DNA of 64,000 nt from Bacteroidales bacterium (GTDB lineage: Bacteria; Bacteroidota; Bacteroidia; Bacteroidales; UBA932): positions 15,484-79,483 of the forward strand of contig JAFZVQ010000079.1 of NCBI GenBank assembly GCA_017617715.1, given 5' to 3'. This document shows, piece after piece, positions 22,520 to 33,800 of the stretch. Numbering within the stretch: position 1 is the first letter of the stretch; each line of letters begins with the position of its first letter. The position numbers and the translations under genes were made by a program. The notes under the pieces are model-generated. The model saw only the letters and a list, made by a program, of their open reading frames with translations, ran no database searches and was not told the origin of the DNA.

Positions 22520-24263
22520 ACTCCGAAAGTTTTTGTTTGAGCGTTTCGCAGTAATTCCAGAAAGTTTCCGACTTGAATTCGGAATAATTCATCTGACGCA
22601 GCACGTTGATCAGTTCCTTGAAGAAGCCGCGGCACTGTTCGTAGTCATCAAACTCGAAACTGCGGTTGCAGATGTCCAGGATAAGGTTCAGCATGTACTT
22701 CTGCCTCTCCAGGGGGCACACGGCGTCTATGGCGTCGAAAGCATCCTGCTGCAGGAAAGCGAAGTCGATCAGCTCGCTTTTCCAGAAAGCCTCATGGTAG
22801 CTCATCGGCACGCCGTCGTCGCCGAGTATGTTGATCTGGTCCGCCATTTCCTTGCCACGGCGCACCAGGTTCTTGGCTTCCAGCACCTTGTCTATCCATC
22901 CGCGCTCAATGGTCTGCTCGAGGGATGCCTGGATTTCAGGATACTCCAGATACTTGGAATAGGATTCCACGGGGTTGACGGCAGGGTAGCGCTTCTGGTC
23001 GGCCCGGTTCTGCTCGAGGGCGTAGAAGCAGCGGGCGGCCTTCTTCGTGCTCTCCGTCACGGGCTCCTTCAGGTTGCCGCCGGCAGGGGAGACAGTGCCT
23101 ATGAATGTGACCGCACCTGTCTTGCCATTGTTCAGCACCACCTGCCCGGCACGGGAGTAGAAATTGGATATGATTGCGGAAAGGTCCACGGGGAATGCGT
23201 CCTGGCCCGGCAGTTCCTCCATGCGGTTGGACATCTCACGCAGGGCCTGTGCCCAGCGGGAAGTGGAGTCTGCGAGCAGCAGGCAGCGGTAGCCCATAGC
23301 CCGGTAGTACTCGCAGATGGTCATTGCCGTGTAGACCGAAGCCTCGCGTGCCGCGACCGGCATATTGGAAGTATTGCAGATTATCACGGTGCGCTCCATC
23401 AGCTTGCGGCCGGTGTGCGGGTCCACAAGTTCCGGGTACTCGGTGAAGATTTCCACCACCTCGTTGGCACGCTCGCCACAGGCGGCCATCACCACAATGT
23501 CGGCCTCTCCCTGCTTGGCTATGGCATGCTGGAGCACGGTCTTGCCGCATCCGAAAGGCCCCGGGATGAAGCCCGTGCCGCCCTCGGCAATGGGATTGAA
23601 GGTGTCGATAACGCGCACGCCCGTCTCCATTATCTTGCCGGGGCGCGGCTTTTCCCGGTAGCCCCGTACAGCCACCTTCACCGGCCACTTCTGGACCATG
23701 GTCACGGGACGTTCCTCTCCGTCTTCGGCCACGAGTGTGGCTATCACGGTATCAATATTATAGGAACCGGCAGGCGCTACGGACTTTACGGTGAACTCAC
23801 CTTTGAAACTGAATGGCACCATTATCTTGTGGGGCAGCCATCCTTCAATGACCTCTCCCAGCCAGTCTGAGGCGACAACTTTATCGCCGGGGGATGCGAG
23901 GGGCTTGAAATCCCAGAGTGCCTCATGGTCGAGGGGATCGGTGTATTCACCCCTCTTCAGGAACACTCCCTCCATGGTGGTGAGGTCGTTCTGCAGGCCG
24001 TCATATATGCCCGACAGCAGTCCGGGGCCGAGGCTTGCCTCCAGCATCCTGCCTAGAAAGACCACGGAATCGCCGTTTTTCAGGCCCCGGGTGCTTTCAA
24101 ACACCTGCACGGACGCTTTGTCGCCAGTGACTTTAATAACCTCGGCAAGCAGCCGGGTGCCGCCGAGATTGATGTGGCAGAGCTCGTTCTCGCCCACGGG
24201 GCCATCCACCTGGACCGTCACCAGGTTGGAGACTATGCCTGTCACAATTCCATTTGTAGCCAT
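22509..24263 (-). CDS. atpA: V/A-type ATP synthase subunit A
   Basis: GPFGCGKT Walker A, CGERANE, NTSNMPVAAREAS, DSTSRWAQALRE. Confidence 0.97.
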   Translation of the reverse strand: MATNGIVTGIVSNLVTVQVDGPVGENELCHINLGGTRLLAEVIKVTGDKASVQVFESTRGLKNGDSVVFLGRMLEASLGPGLLSGIYDGLQNDLTTMEGVFLKRGEYTDPLDHEALWDFKPLASPGDKVVASDWLGEVIEGWLPHKIMVPFSFKGEFTVKSVAPAGSYNIDTVIATLVAEDGEERPVTMVQKWPVKVAVRGYREKPRPGKIMETGVRVIDTFNPIAEGGTGFIPGPFGCGKTVLQHAIAKQGEADIVVMAACGERANEVVEIFTEYPELVDPHTGRKLMERTVIICNTSNMPVAAREASVYTAMTICEYYRAMGYRCLLLADSTSRWAQALREMSNRMEELPGQDAFPVDLSAIISNFYSRAGQVVLNNGKTGAVTFIGTVSPAGGNLKEPVTESTKKAARCFYALEQNRADQKRYPAVNPVESYSKYLEYPEIQASLEQTIERGWIDKVLEAKNLVRRGKEMADQINILGDDGVPMSYHEAFWKSELIDFAFLQQDAFDAIDAVCPLERQKYMLNLILDICNRSFEFDDYEQCRGFFKELINVLRQMNYSEFKSETFWNYCETLKQKLSEYGN

Positions 24264-24264
24264 A

Positions 24265-24828
24265 TTATCTTGTGTTTCGTATTTCGTTCACGAGGTGGCG
24301 GAACATTTCGCGGCCGGTTCCTTCATCAAGCTTGTGCCAGCGGTCCGCGATCTTCAACTTTGCGATGAACGCCAGGATGACGTCGATGTCGAAAAGGTCC
24401 ATCAGTATAAGGCTGTCGGCCTTTTCCCACATCAGGTCGTCGAGGGCTTTCTCCCGTTTCAGGATGTCGGTGCCCGAGAGGATTTCCATCACCCGGGACT
24501 TCTCTGTGAACTCCTGTTCATAAGGAATTATGTCAAGCCCGTCGAGCCTTTCCAGCACGGTGTTCAGATACTCCACCTTAGTGTTGCGCACCTGAAGGTC
24601 GAAGCGCAGGAATTCACGGAGGAAATGATTGGACGACTTGAGCGCCTCATCATAGAAGGCGGCATCGAGCTTGTCCGGGTTGAAACCGTCCAGCAACTTG
24701 TCTATCAAGGCGTTGTCCGCATCCGTGCACCGGGAGCGTATGCCACTGATAAGGGCATCAGCATCCAGGCCCACGGCATCCTTGCCGAGCACAGGCAGCG
24801 AAGCGATGATATACTCGTAGTTATTCAC
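24265..24828 (-). CDS. DUF2764 family protein (V-ATPase subunit C-like)
   Basis: Y.YIIASLP N-terminus; position between subunits E and A. Confidence 0.8.
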   Translation of the reverse strand: MNNYEYIIASLPVLGKDAVGLDADALISGIRSRCTDADNALIDKLLDGFNPDKLDAAFYDEALKSSNHFLREFLRFDLQVRNTKVEYLNTVLERLDGLDIIPYEQEFTEKSRVMEILSGTDILKREKALDDLMWEKADSLILMDLFDIDVILAFIAKLKIADRWHKLDEGTGREMFRHLVNEIRNTR

Positions 24829-25420
24829 CGAAAAGGAGTTTACGCGTCACGGGGCGCAGGTATTCCGATATCAGTTCATCGAATGTCCTGTCCGTAAAGC
24901 TGATGAAATAGCCTCCATCCTTGGGCCCGATGGTGAATCCGCCGGATATCTTCTTGGAGAAGCTGGCCTCCACCGGCACCGACAAGAGCCCGGACAATTC
25001 CGAGGCTACCCAGGGCTCAAGCCTGGCACGCAGCGACTCGGGAAGCACGAGAGCGATGTCGGTATCTTCCTTCGAAGCAAAGCCTTTCGCCACGCTCAGG
25101 ATAATCTCCTTGAGAAAATCAGGGTCGGACACAGCAGTCTGTGAGGAGAGCCTGCCCACAACCAGATTCTCAATGTCTTTCCGCGTGGCCTGAAGGGCCT
25201 GGGCAGAAGCCATCCGGATGTCGGCTTCTGCCTTGGCCTTCAAGTCTGCAGCTTCTTTTTCGGCGCGTGAGAGTATGGCATCAGCCTCACTTTGTGCGTC
25301 TTCAACCATCTTTGCAGCCTTTTCACGAGCCTCGGCCAAATAGCGGTCGCCTTCTTCGCGCCCCTTGGCCAGGCCTTCGTTGTAGAGCTGTTCAGTCAGT
25401 TCCTGTAGTTTATTCTGCAT
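24821..25420 (-). CDS. atpE: V/A-type ATP synthase subunit E
   Basis: MQNKLQELTEQLYNEG coiled coil, GFTIGPKDGGY, YLRP. Confidence 0.9.
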   Translation of the reverse strand: MQNKLQELTEQLYNEGLAKGREEGDRYLAEAREKAAKMVEDAQSEADAILSRAEKEAADLKAKAEADIRMASAQALQATRKDIENLVVGRLSSQTAVSDPDFLKEIILSVAKGFASKEDTDIALVLPESLRARLEPWVASELSGLLSVPVEASFSKKISGGFTIGPKDGGYFISFTDRTFDELISEYLRPVTRKLLFGE

Positions 25421-25435
25421 ATCAGAGCTTGTTTG

Positions 25436-28117
25436 CTATTCGTCATACACGGCGACAACAGTGTGGGTGCCGGGGGTGTAGTTGGCAGGTCCGCAAAGCA
25501 AATCACCGTAATTGGAGGCGTTCAGCGCAGTGCCGTTGACCGTGCCCTTCACCTTAATGGGATTGGCGTCGGACCCGAGGGTGATGGCACTGCTGGTGCC
25601 GTTGAAGTGGCCAACCAACATGCCGATCTCCGTGGAATCTTCGGACAGGACGGTACAGTTCACAGAGCAGCCTCCGCCGGTGGTGTGGGCGGCGTTGCCG
25701 AAGCAGCCGGCCAAACCGGCAATTCCCATCGGGGCGGCAACATCTGACTGGACGTCACCGGTGTTGACGCATCCCGTCAACTGGTATCCGCCGCTATGGA
25801 ATCCGGCGATTCCGCCAATGCAAGGCTTGCCGGATTTCGCCCATATCTTTCCGGAGTTGGTGCAATTCTCAATACGGCCGGAACCACCCTGGATACCGCC
25901 TGCGCGCACGGTCATGTTGCCGGACACGGTGACGTCACCCTTGTTCTTGCAACCGGAAGTCACGGAAGAGCAACCGCTTTCCTTGCCGGGCCATCCCACG
26001 ATGCCGCCCACGGCGCAGTTGCCGGTGTGGGTGTTGTCGGAGTGGAAGGATATGGCTGCCAGATTGGAGCAGTTGGTGATCTTGAGCTCGGACTGCGTAG
26101 TGGACACGTAATTGCTGCCCACAATGCCGCCGACGTATGTCATACACCCGGCAGTAGATGCTGTGAAACTACCGGAAGAAGCCCTTATTTCAACGGAAAC
26201 GGGGCCGTTGTTGACGGAATTGGAAATTGGACCGCAGCCGTCTCCGACGAGACCGCCTATACAGAAGCGGCTCGCACTTGCCAGGTTGAGTTTGTTCTCC
26301 TGCTCGGAGAAGAGCAGGGAAACGGCTCCGCTGTTCATGGCATTGTCCATACTGAAATAAGTGGAGTACGTGTAGCCGACAAGTCCGCCCACACCGATTG
26401 CTCCGCTGGTGGTGGTCTTGCTTCCGTCGATGCTTCCGATATTGTTGCGGGCATTCTGGTATTTAGCTCTCAGGCTTACGCTACCAGTATTCACAAGCGT
26501 GCCGAGAGCGCTACCCCTAATAACATCGGAGAGGTATCCCACGATGCCGCCGAGGGCCACAGCCTGCACGTAGCCTTCACTGTCTATGCTGATGTTACCC
26601 TCATTAAGGCAGTCCACCACAGGCCCGGAAGTATAGCTGATGACGCCGGACACAATGAGTGCAGACGTGGAACGGGTGAGGTTGAGACTGACGTCGCCGC
26701 GGTTGGTGCAGCGAAGAGCAGAGACAGCATTGGAAGAACAGCCCACCAAGCCTGCCATGTAGACGTTTGAGCCGGATGCCGACATGCCAGTGTTGTAGGT
26801 TAACGAGCCTTCATTGACACAATCGTTGATGGATGAAGAACTGCCGGTAAGGCGGCCGCACAGAGGGGAGATGGCAGACGTGCCGATAGCGTCGTGTTCG
26901 GGCATTTCAAGCACGAGGCTGCCCTTGTTGAAGCAATTGCTCACGACGGACTTTTCAGGACCGTTGCCCACGATGATGCCAAGATTGATTGCACCTGTGA
27001 TTTCCCCGCTCCATGCAGCCACGTCGGCATAATTGCGCACCCCGCTCACATTGCCGGTGTTGGTTTTCACAACGAAAGCATAGTCGCCTGCCGGAAGAGT
27101 GGCGGGAAGGGAAAATGCGCAGCTGGAATCAATGACAAGGTCCTTGACCGTGCCGCTACTCTCAGCAAAGAGGGGAGTGGCTACGGATGTCCAGTTGCTG
27201 ATGCTGTGCTGCTGGCCGTCGAAAGTCTGGGCGAATGAGGCGCAAGAAGTAATGCTCTTTCCGGAAAGGTCCAGATCTGCGCAGACATAAGCCGGAAGAT
27301 CAGGCGATGCTAAATAGCCCACCAGGGCATCTGCATCTTCGATGACCGTCACTGCAGTGCCGCCGGAGATGTCCCCCAGATTGCGGCCCTTACCTGGTTT
27401 GGAAAGGTCGATTTCAGCGTCCGTGGACTTCATGTTGCTTTCTGAAGAGCTGCAGGTAAACACCCTTAAACCTTTATAAACAGCAGGGTTGACTGCAGCC
27501 CAGAAACTTCCGCCCGAAGAAGGGACGGAGATGCTCAGGCAGCGGGATTCTCCGGCAAGGGTGTCGCCCTCGTCAACTGCGTGCAGGATGACCTTTTCCA
27601 CACCGGCAGGGGAGCTGAAGTGAAGCAGGCTCACGGCGCTGGTGAAGAAGAAATAATAGTCGTCTCCGTATTTCTTGCAGTCCGCGGTGGCAATCAGGGC
27701 CAGGGGATCCGTGGTGGCGGAAGCACTCACGCTCTGCATGGCAGGAATGGTGTACTGGTCAGCAGCATCCCCTGCGGCGGCGTAGGGGAACACCGCCGAG
27801 AGGGATGTGAATGTTGCGGAGACCTCACCTGTGAATTTGCCGACAGTGGATCCGTCCGACGAAGGAGCAAGCGTGAAAAGGCGCTTTGCGGTGCCATCGA
27901 ACACGGCGAGTTCATCGCCGGCGGACCATGTCCATTTCTTGCTTGATTCGTCAATCCCGGCCTTGAAGGAATCTTCGAGGCTGGCGTTGACCGTGATGCA
28001 CACAAGGTCTTCCTCCGGGCCGGCCGGAATCTCGTCGGTGACAAGATCCTTGCGGGAGCAGCAACTGAGAGCCGCCACGCAGAAAAATGCTATAAGAATG
28101 TATGTAAACTTTTTCAT
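25436..28117 (-). CDS. Large fimbrillin-like lipoprotein with GLUG-type (GGIVG) repeats
   Basis: Lipobox LSCC; KA..W..GD..AVF..AVFPY fimbrillin N-domain; many C.N.G.V / GGIVG repeats. Confidence 0.8.
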   Translation of the reverse strand: MKKFTYILIAFFCVAALSCCSRKDLVTDEIPAGPEEDLVCITVNASLEDSFKAGIDESSKKWTWSAGDELAVFDGTAKRLFTLAPSSDGSTVGKFTGEVSATFTSLSAVFPYAAAGDAADQYTIPAMQSVSASATTDPLALIATADCKKYGDDYYFFFTSAVSLLHFSSPAGVEKVILHAVDEGDTLAGESRCLSISVPSSGGSFWAAVNPAVYKGLRVFTCSSSESNMKSTDAEIDLSKPGKGRNLGDISGGTAVTVIEDADALVGYLASPDLPAYVCADLDLSGKSITSCASFAQTFDGQQHSISNWTSVATPLFAESSGTVKDLVIDSSCAFSLPATLPAGDYAFVVKTNTGNVSGVRNYADVAAWSGEITGAINLGIIVGNGPEKSVVSNCFNKGSLVLEMPEHDAIGTSAISPLCGRLTGSSSSINDCVNEGSLTYNTGMSASGSNVYMAGLVGCSSNAVSALRCTNRGDVSLNLTRSTSALIVSGVISYTSGPVVDCLNEGNISIDSEGYVQAVALGGIVGYLSDVIRGSALGTLVNTGSVSLRAKYQNARNNIGSIDGSKTTTSGAIGVGGLVGYTYSTYFSMDNAMNSGAVSLLFSEQENKLNLASASRFCIGGLVGDGCGPISNSVNNGPVSVEIRASSGSFTASTAGCMTYVGGIVGSNYVSTTQSELKITNCSNLAAISFHSDNTHTGNCAVGGIVGWPGKESGCSSVTSGCKNKGDVTVSGNMTVRAGGIQGGSGRIENCTNSGKIWAKSGKPCIGGIAGFHSGGYQLTGCVNTGDVQSDVAAPMGIAGLAGCFGNAAHTTGGGCSVNCTVLSEDSTEIGMLVGHFNGTSSAITLGSDANPIKVKGTVNGTALNASNYGDLLCGPANYTPGTHTVVAVYDE

Positions 28118-28127
28118 GGCTAGTCCG

Positions 28128-30887
28128 TTAATTGAATTCTATCACGTTGTCATCATAGTCGATTTCCACGCCGTTTACATTATTGGCGTCGCTGAAAACC
28201 GGCAGACCGGCAGAATCAGCCCCCCAGAAATGAAGGGCGTATCCGGAGAAGGACAGCACGAAACTGTTGAGCTTTGCAAGCACGGTCGAACCGTCGGTGA
28301 AAGTGGCGGCAGGGAAGCCTGCATTGCCTGTGAGGACTACGCCATCGCCGGCAGACCCTTCAGTCAGGCCTGAGTCGGACACATACACGCCTCCTTCCAC
28401 AGTGACCTTGCTGTTGCCGACGATATGGCCGTAGAGCCCGCCGACCTTCGCAGAGGCAGATGCGTCAGCTATCACTGAACTGCCGGCTACGATGCCGTTC
28501 TGCGAAAGGTTGCTGCTGCAGTTGGATACCTGGAGATAGCCGGGACTGGAGGCATTGAGCTTTGCATATCCGAAAATACCGCCCACGGAAGGTGCCGAGG
28601 CTGAAGCCGGAACAGTGATGGCAGCATCTCCGAAATATGCGTAGCAGTTCAGTATCCTGGTGTTGGAGTTTGCATCCGTAAGGCGGACGTAACCTGCAAT
28701 ACCGCCGCATTTGCTGTCGGAATCGTCGGAATTCACTGCGGTGGACTCGATTGTGCAACCGTCGAATCCGCAGTTCGCAATAGTCAGGAGGTAATTGGAG
28801 TCGGGGTAGACATAACCGGCGATACCGCCAAGATAATACTTACCCTTGATGACGCATCCGCCTGTGACGAAGCAATTGTCTATGAGGCAGTCGCCTTTGC
28901 GCGTGATGGGCCTTCCGGCTACACCGCCCACGCTGTCGGTTCCGGTGATGCGCGTGCCGCCCTTGACGGTGGAATTCTTCACCTCGCCAAGGTCGAAACG
29001 GCCCACGATGCCGCCAAGGTTGGTGTCGGTCGCCGTGATTTCGCAATTGTCGACCGTGCAGGCATCCACAATGGAAGCTGTGTTCTTGAACCAGCCGGCC
29101 ACGCCGCCGATGCAGGTGGCACCGGAGATCGTGGTCCCGCTGACCAGGCAATCCTTCATGGTGGTGCTTTCAGGGAGACCCGTGATACCGGCTGCATAGT
29201 GGGTGGCTGCGGTGATCTGGCTGTTTATCACGGAGGAGCCGGTGATGGTGGTGCCGCCCGTGCTCCAGCCTGCAATGCCTCCCACGTCGTCGGTGTCGCT
29301 GCTGATATTGCAGCCGGAGACAACGCAGGAGCTGATGGCCGTGCCGACCGGATTGCCCACGATGCCGCCTATCTCTTCTTTGGACTGGACAGTGACTCCG
29401 TCAACCAGGCAGCCCTCAATCACTCCGCCGGACGGAGCATAGGCCACTATGCCGCCGACGTATTTGGTTGAGCTCTTCACGGTGGCGTTCTTCACCGAGC
29501 AGTCGCGCACGGTGCCGCCGACCATGTGTGCCACGATACCGCCGCAAATATTGGCCGATGCGGCAAGCTCGCCGCCGCTGAGCGTACAGCCGGATATTTC
29601 ACAGCCCTCAGCATATCCGACAATACCGCCGACGCGCACGAAGGATCCGGTGTTGGAACGGTTCATGGCCACGATATTCTTGATTTCGGCATTCTTGGCG
29701 TAAGCGAAAATACCGCTGGCGGGATTGTCTGAAGAAACGCCCTGGGCGGCAAGGTTGGATATGGTCTTGCCGCCGCCGTCGTAATGGCCGGTGAAAGGAC
29801 TGCCTGCAGATGCCGCTATGGGAGTGAACGCCTTGCCGTCCATGTCTATATCAGCAGTCTGGAGATAGTATTTATCGGCATACACGTTGTACTGGTTGGC
29901 ATTGTTGAGCTTATTTGAAAGCACAGTCAATTCTTCGGCGGAGCTGATGATGTACGGATCGGCCTGTGTGCCGTTGCCGGAAGCGAAACTGCCTGAATCC
30001 CAAGGGACTGAGTCGGCAATATCCACAGCGGGCATCTTGGTCACGCGGCCGCGGACCACCGCATTGGCAGTGTTGCTGCTTATGAACGCATACTCAGTGC
30101 CGTCGGTGTCGGTGACCTTGAGGGCGAAACCGGATGCGGCAGCTCCCTGGGGAAGCACGAAGTAGAACTCCACCGGGGTGCTGCTGAGCACAAGGGCATC
30201 TGCGCTGAGGGCCACTGTGTTACGGTTGCCGCTGGGATTGACCATATCGACGGACTGGATGTCCTTGGCATCGTAGTCGGGCGTGACCTCGCAGCTGCCC
30301 CACATAGGGCTGTCGCCAAGGTCGATGAATTCTATGGTCTTTACGGTCTGGCCGCTTCCTTTGAGACCTATCTTCATGGCACCGAAAAGGTACTTCATGG
30401 CGAAGGATGTGCTGCCGTCGGCCCAGAAGGCAACGGCCGCATTCGATCCGGCAGGGCAGTCGTCAACAACCAGCTCCCGGGTCTGGGGGATATCCAGTAC
30501 CACCTTGTCGTTGTCGGCTCCGGGAGCGACGCTGCCATAGGGATAGACGGCGCAGAGACGGCCTTCCACACGGGTGCGGCCCGTAAAGGCTGCCGAGTGT
30601 CCGTCGGAACTGATGGAAGAAGCATCCGTGGAGAAGCAGTCGCCGCGCTCCCATGCAGGCTGGGTGTCGCTGCGTACCCATATGCAGTCGTTTGCTTCCC
30701 AACGGGTATCGGTATAAGTGCCCATATCCTGGGCGAAGTGAATCTTTGTAGCGGGCTCTCCGACGCAAGCCGTAAGAGTCACCAGCTCACCGCTTTCCTG
30801 CTCCACAGGGGCGGGGATTTCCTTGTTGCAGGCCACTAAAGCGGCGGCAACGGCCAGAATAGGAATAAATACTCTTGTTTTCATCAC
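28128..30887 (-). CDS. Large fimbrillin-like lipoprotein with GLUG-type repeats
   Basis: Lipobox LVAC; ATK..W...D..AVYPY; GNGTQADPYII; VGGIVG repeats. Confidence 0.8.
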   Translation of the reverse strand: MMKTRVFIPILAVAAALVACNKEIPAPVEQESGELVTLTACVGEPATKIHFAQDMGTYTDTRWEANDCIWVRSDTQPAWERGDCFSTDASSISSDGHSAAFTGRTRVEGRLCAVYPYGSVAPGADNDKVVLDIPQTRELVVDDCPAGSNAAVAFWADGSTSFAMKYLFGAMKIGLKGSGQTVKTIEFIDLGDSPMWGSCEVTPDYDAKDIQSVDMVNPSGNRNTVALSADALVLSSTPVEFYFVLPQGAAASGFALKVTDTDGTEYAFISSNTANAVVRGRVTKMPAVDIADSVPWDSGSFASGNGTQADPYIISSAEELTVLSNKLNNANQYNVYADKYYLQTADIDMDGKAFTPIAASAGSPFTGHYDGGGKTISNLAAQGVSSDNPASGIFAYAKNAEIKNIVAMNRSNTGSFVRVGGIVGYAEGCEISGCTLSGGELAASANICGGIVAHMVGGTVRDCSVKNATVKSSTKYVGGIVAYAPSGGVIEGCLVDGVTVQSKEEIGGIVGNPVGTAISSCVVSGCNISSDTDDVGGIAGWSTGGTTITGSSVINSQITAATHYAAGITGLPESTTMKDCLVSGTTISGATCIGGVAGWFKNTASIVDACTVDNCEITATDTNLGGIVGRFDLGEVKNSTVKGGTRITGTDSVGGVAGRPITRKGDCLIDNCFVTGGCVIKGKYYLGGIAGYVYPDSNYLLTIANCGFDGCTIESTAVNSDDSDSKCGGIAGYVRLTDANSNTRILNCYAYFGDAAITVPASASAPSVGGIFGYAKLNASSPGYLQVSNCSSNLSQNGIVAGSSVIADASASAKVGGLYGHIVGNSKVTVEGGVYVSDSGLTEGSAGDGVVLTGNAGFPAATFTDGSTVLAKLNSFVLSFSGYALHFWGADSAGLPVFSDANNVNGVEIDYDDNVIEFN

Positions 30888-33800
30888 CAGGCGCCGTTAT
30901 AGTTGTCAAAGTCGTTGATGGAACCGTTTCCGTCTTCGTTGTAGGAGGCGGAAGACTCGAGCCAGGAGCCGATTTCATTGTAGATCTTGTTGGCAATGAA
31001 TCTCATGGCTTTGGCGGAATAGTGGTCGCTGCAGTTCTTCCTCAGGTCGCCGGTAGTGGTGATGTTGCTCCAGTTGAAGTCATGCTTGGGCATGTTCGGC
31101 TGGTAGCCGAGGGAGAGATACTCGAAGTTCCAGCCCAGGTCGTTGAAGCCGTTCACGGCATAGAGGTCGACCGCGCGGCAGTTGTCGTAGTGGTCGGCAA
31201 TATGCAGCAGGGATTCCTCCACGTCCGGAGTGAGGGTGTCGTGGATGAGCACGACTATTTTCACATGGGGATACTGGAGCGTGGCCATCCTGATAAGCTT
31301 GAGGTAAGCTTCGATGAAGGTGTCGTCGGGAAGGGCCTTGGCCTCGTCGAGGGTCTTGCAGGCGTCTGCAACGGCATAGGCAGCGTTCATTGCGGCATCC
31401 GACGGGCGGTGAGGCTCGGTCGTGGGATAGCGTTCGAGCTTCTGGCTGCCCAGGATGTTGTAGATGTTGTGCGCCCAGTCGTTGGCGCCGCCGTTGATGA
31501 TTATGATGTCGGGCGAACCCATGCCGCCGTTTTCAATATAGCGGGTGCAGAAGTCCTGTCCGTACCAGTACTGGCTGGAGTAGGATGTGTTGGTGCAACG
31601 GGTGGTGGCAGTGCCGGAGAAGGCCAGGTTGGTGTCCCACACCGCATTGCTGAGCAACTCGTATGTGAGTATGTACCAATAGGTCTGCGCCGCGGAGGTC
31701 ACGTCTCCGTCGCTCGTGGGATAGTGGCAGCGGTAGCCGTTGGAGGCCTTGCTGCTGTGATAGCCGTGAGGGGCATAGCCGTCGAAGGTGGACAGCGAGT
31801 CGCCGATAAGGCTCACGCGGAGCGCCTTCTTCTTTCCGGTGGACGGATTTGGCTGCATCCCTTCAAGCACGGGGTAGCAGTTCTCTCCGCCGGTCCAGTT
31901 CTTGAGGGCGAGAGGTCCGCTGTAGCTGTTCTTGAAATCGTTCAGCTTCTGAAGCAGCGTGCCGTCGCACATCTGGGCCACTCCGAGCGCTTCCACATTC
32001 GTGCTGGTGCCATTGTTGGTTTTACCCAAAGCGGGCAGGCTGTTGATGAAATAGACGCGGTCGAGGTTCGCCGTGTTGGGGAGACCGATGAGCGCGCCAT
32101 AGTTATAGTAGTCGGAGGGAATATCCTTCTGCTTGTTGATAAGGGCACGGCCATAAGCGAGGGTGGTGTAGCAACCCTGGATGTTCACGGATGCTGCGGC
32201 TCCGCCCTGTTCGCCGATGAAGCCTCCCATGTCGACTTCCTTCGCCTGAGGGAAATCGCAGCGGATGACAGAAGGATCGCTGAAGCAGTTCACGATATTG
32301 AGCTCGGCCGTGGTGCTGCCCATGCGGGCCCAGGCCACCAGGCCGCCGACCATGGTCCACTTGGAGGAAGCGTAGCCGGCGTCAACTATTTCGCCGCCGA
32401 GATAGGCGCAGTTCCAGATGTTGACCTTGGTGTCGTTGTGGGTGGGGTTGCACTCGCCGACGATGCCGCCGACGGAGTAGGAAGCGGCAAGGTCACAATA
32501 CACGGTGCAGTTGCTGATGTTGATAGTCTGTGCGGTGTTCTTATGATAAATGTATGCAACGATACCGCCGGCCTGGTCCATACCGCAGCGCACAAGGGCA
32601 TGCGAACCGACCACGCAGTCGGTAATGTCGCCGCTCTGTACCCAAGCCACAATACCTGCGGCGCCGGGATACCAGCAAATGACGTGCGCCTGAACTTCGC
32701 AGCCACGGATGGTGCCGGTGCCGAGCATCTCGCCGGCAATACCGCCGACATAGTAGTTGTCGCCGGTCACGGTGGAACCGTCTTCGACGATGCAGTTCTC
32801 CACGGTGCTGCCGTTCATCTGTCCAACGATACCGCCGAGCTGCTCGCCCTTGCTGGTCACGTTGCCGCTGAAGCTGCAGTTGGAGATTGTCGCATTCTGG
32901 ATGAAACCGGCAATTCCGCCCACGCAGGAAACTACAGTGACGCTCTGGAAGGTGCCGGTGTCTTCATTGTGGATGAAACCGCCGACGTGGCAGTCGTCTA
33001 TCAGTCCGCCTTCCATATAACCGACGATGCCGCCTGTGGCGCATTTCACAAAGTCGACAGTGGCGTTGACCTTGATGCCGCGGAAAGTGGAATTCACCGG
33101 ATGACCGGCAATCACGCCCTGCTCGCCGTTGGTGCCGTTATTCGTATACCCTTCTATCACAAGGTCCCTCACGGTGGCACCGGAGGTGTAGGCAAACATG
33201 CCTGCCGCAGCGCTGGAAGCGGGGGTGGGGGAGAGATTGGATATGGTGTGGCAGGCGCCGTCGTAGCTGCCCTTGAACGGGGTGCCGGAAGCGCTGCCGA
33301 TACAGCCTATGGCCACGCCATCCATGTCGATGTCGCGAACCTGCTTGTAGAAGCACGTATTGTAGGATGCAGCATCCGAGCCGTTGCAGAGGGTCGCCAG
33401 TTGCACGAGGTCGGAAGGGGTCGCGATAAGATACGGGGAAGCCTCAGTGCCGGAGCCGCCGCTGAACAGCACGGACTCGGGAGCAATCACGGACATGTCG
33501 ATTATGTGATTGCGCTGCACCGGCATGGCTTTATCGGTTATAATGCTCTTTACCGTCTGCCCAAGCTCATCATAGAGGGTGCAGGTGAAGCCTTGTGCGA
33601 ATGCGCCTTCGGGCACGACCAGGTAGAAGATCGTGGCTTCCGTGCCAAGGGCGACTCCATCCGTGCAGTCCAGGACGATACGGTTGCGACCGGCATCCTG
33701 GTTGGCCCAGGACACTGAACTGACGCCGCTGCCGGAGTCAATGGCAAGGGTGCATTTGCCCCAGAGCGCGAAATCGGGATTGTTGTCGGAGATTTCGATT

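Noticed and set aside
30875-33718. 947-aa plus-strand ORF
   Set aside because: Antisense shadow of the 30884-34342 lipoprotein; no motifs; expected from high-GC codon bias
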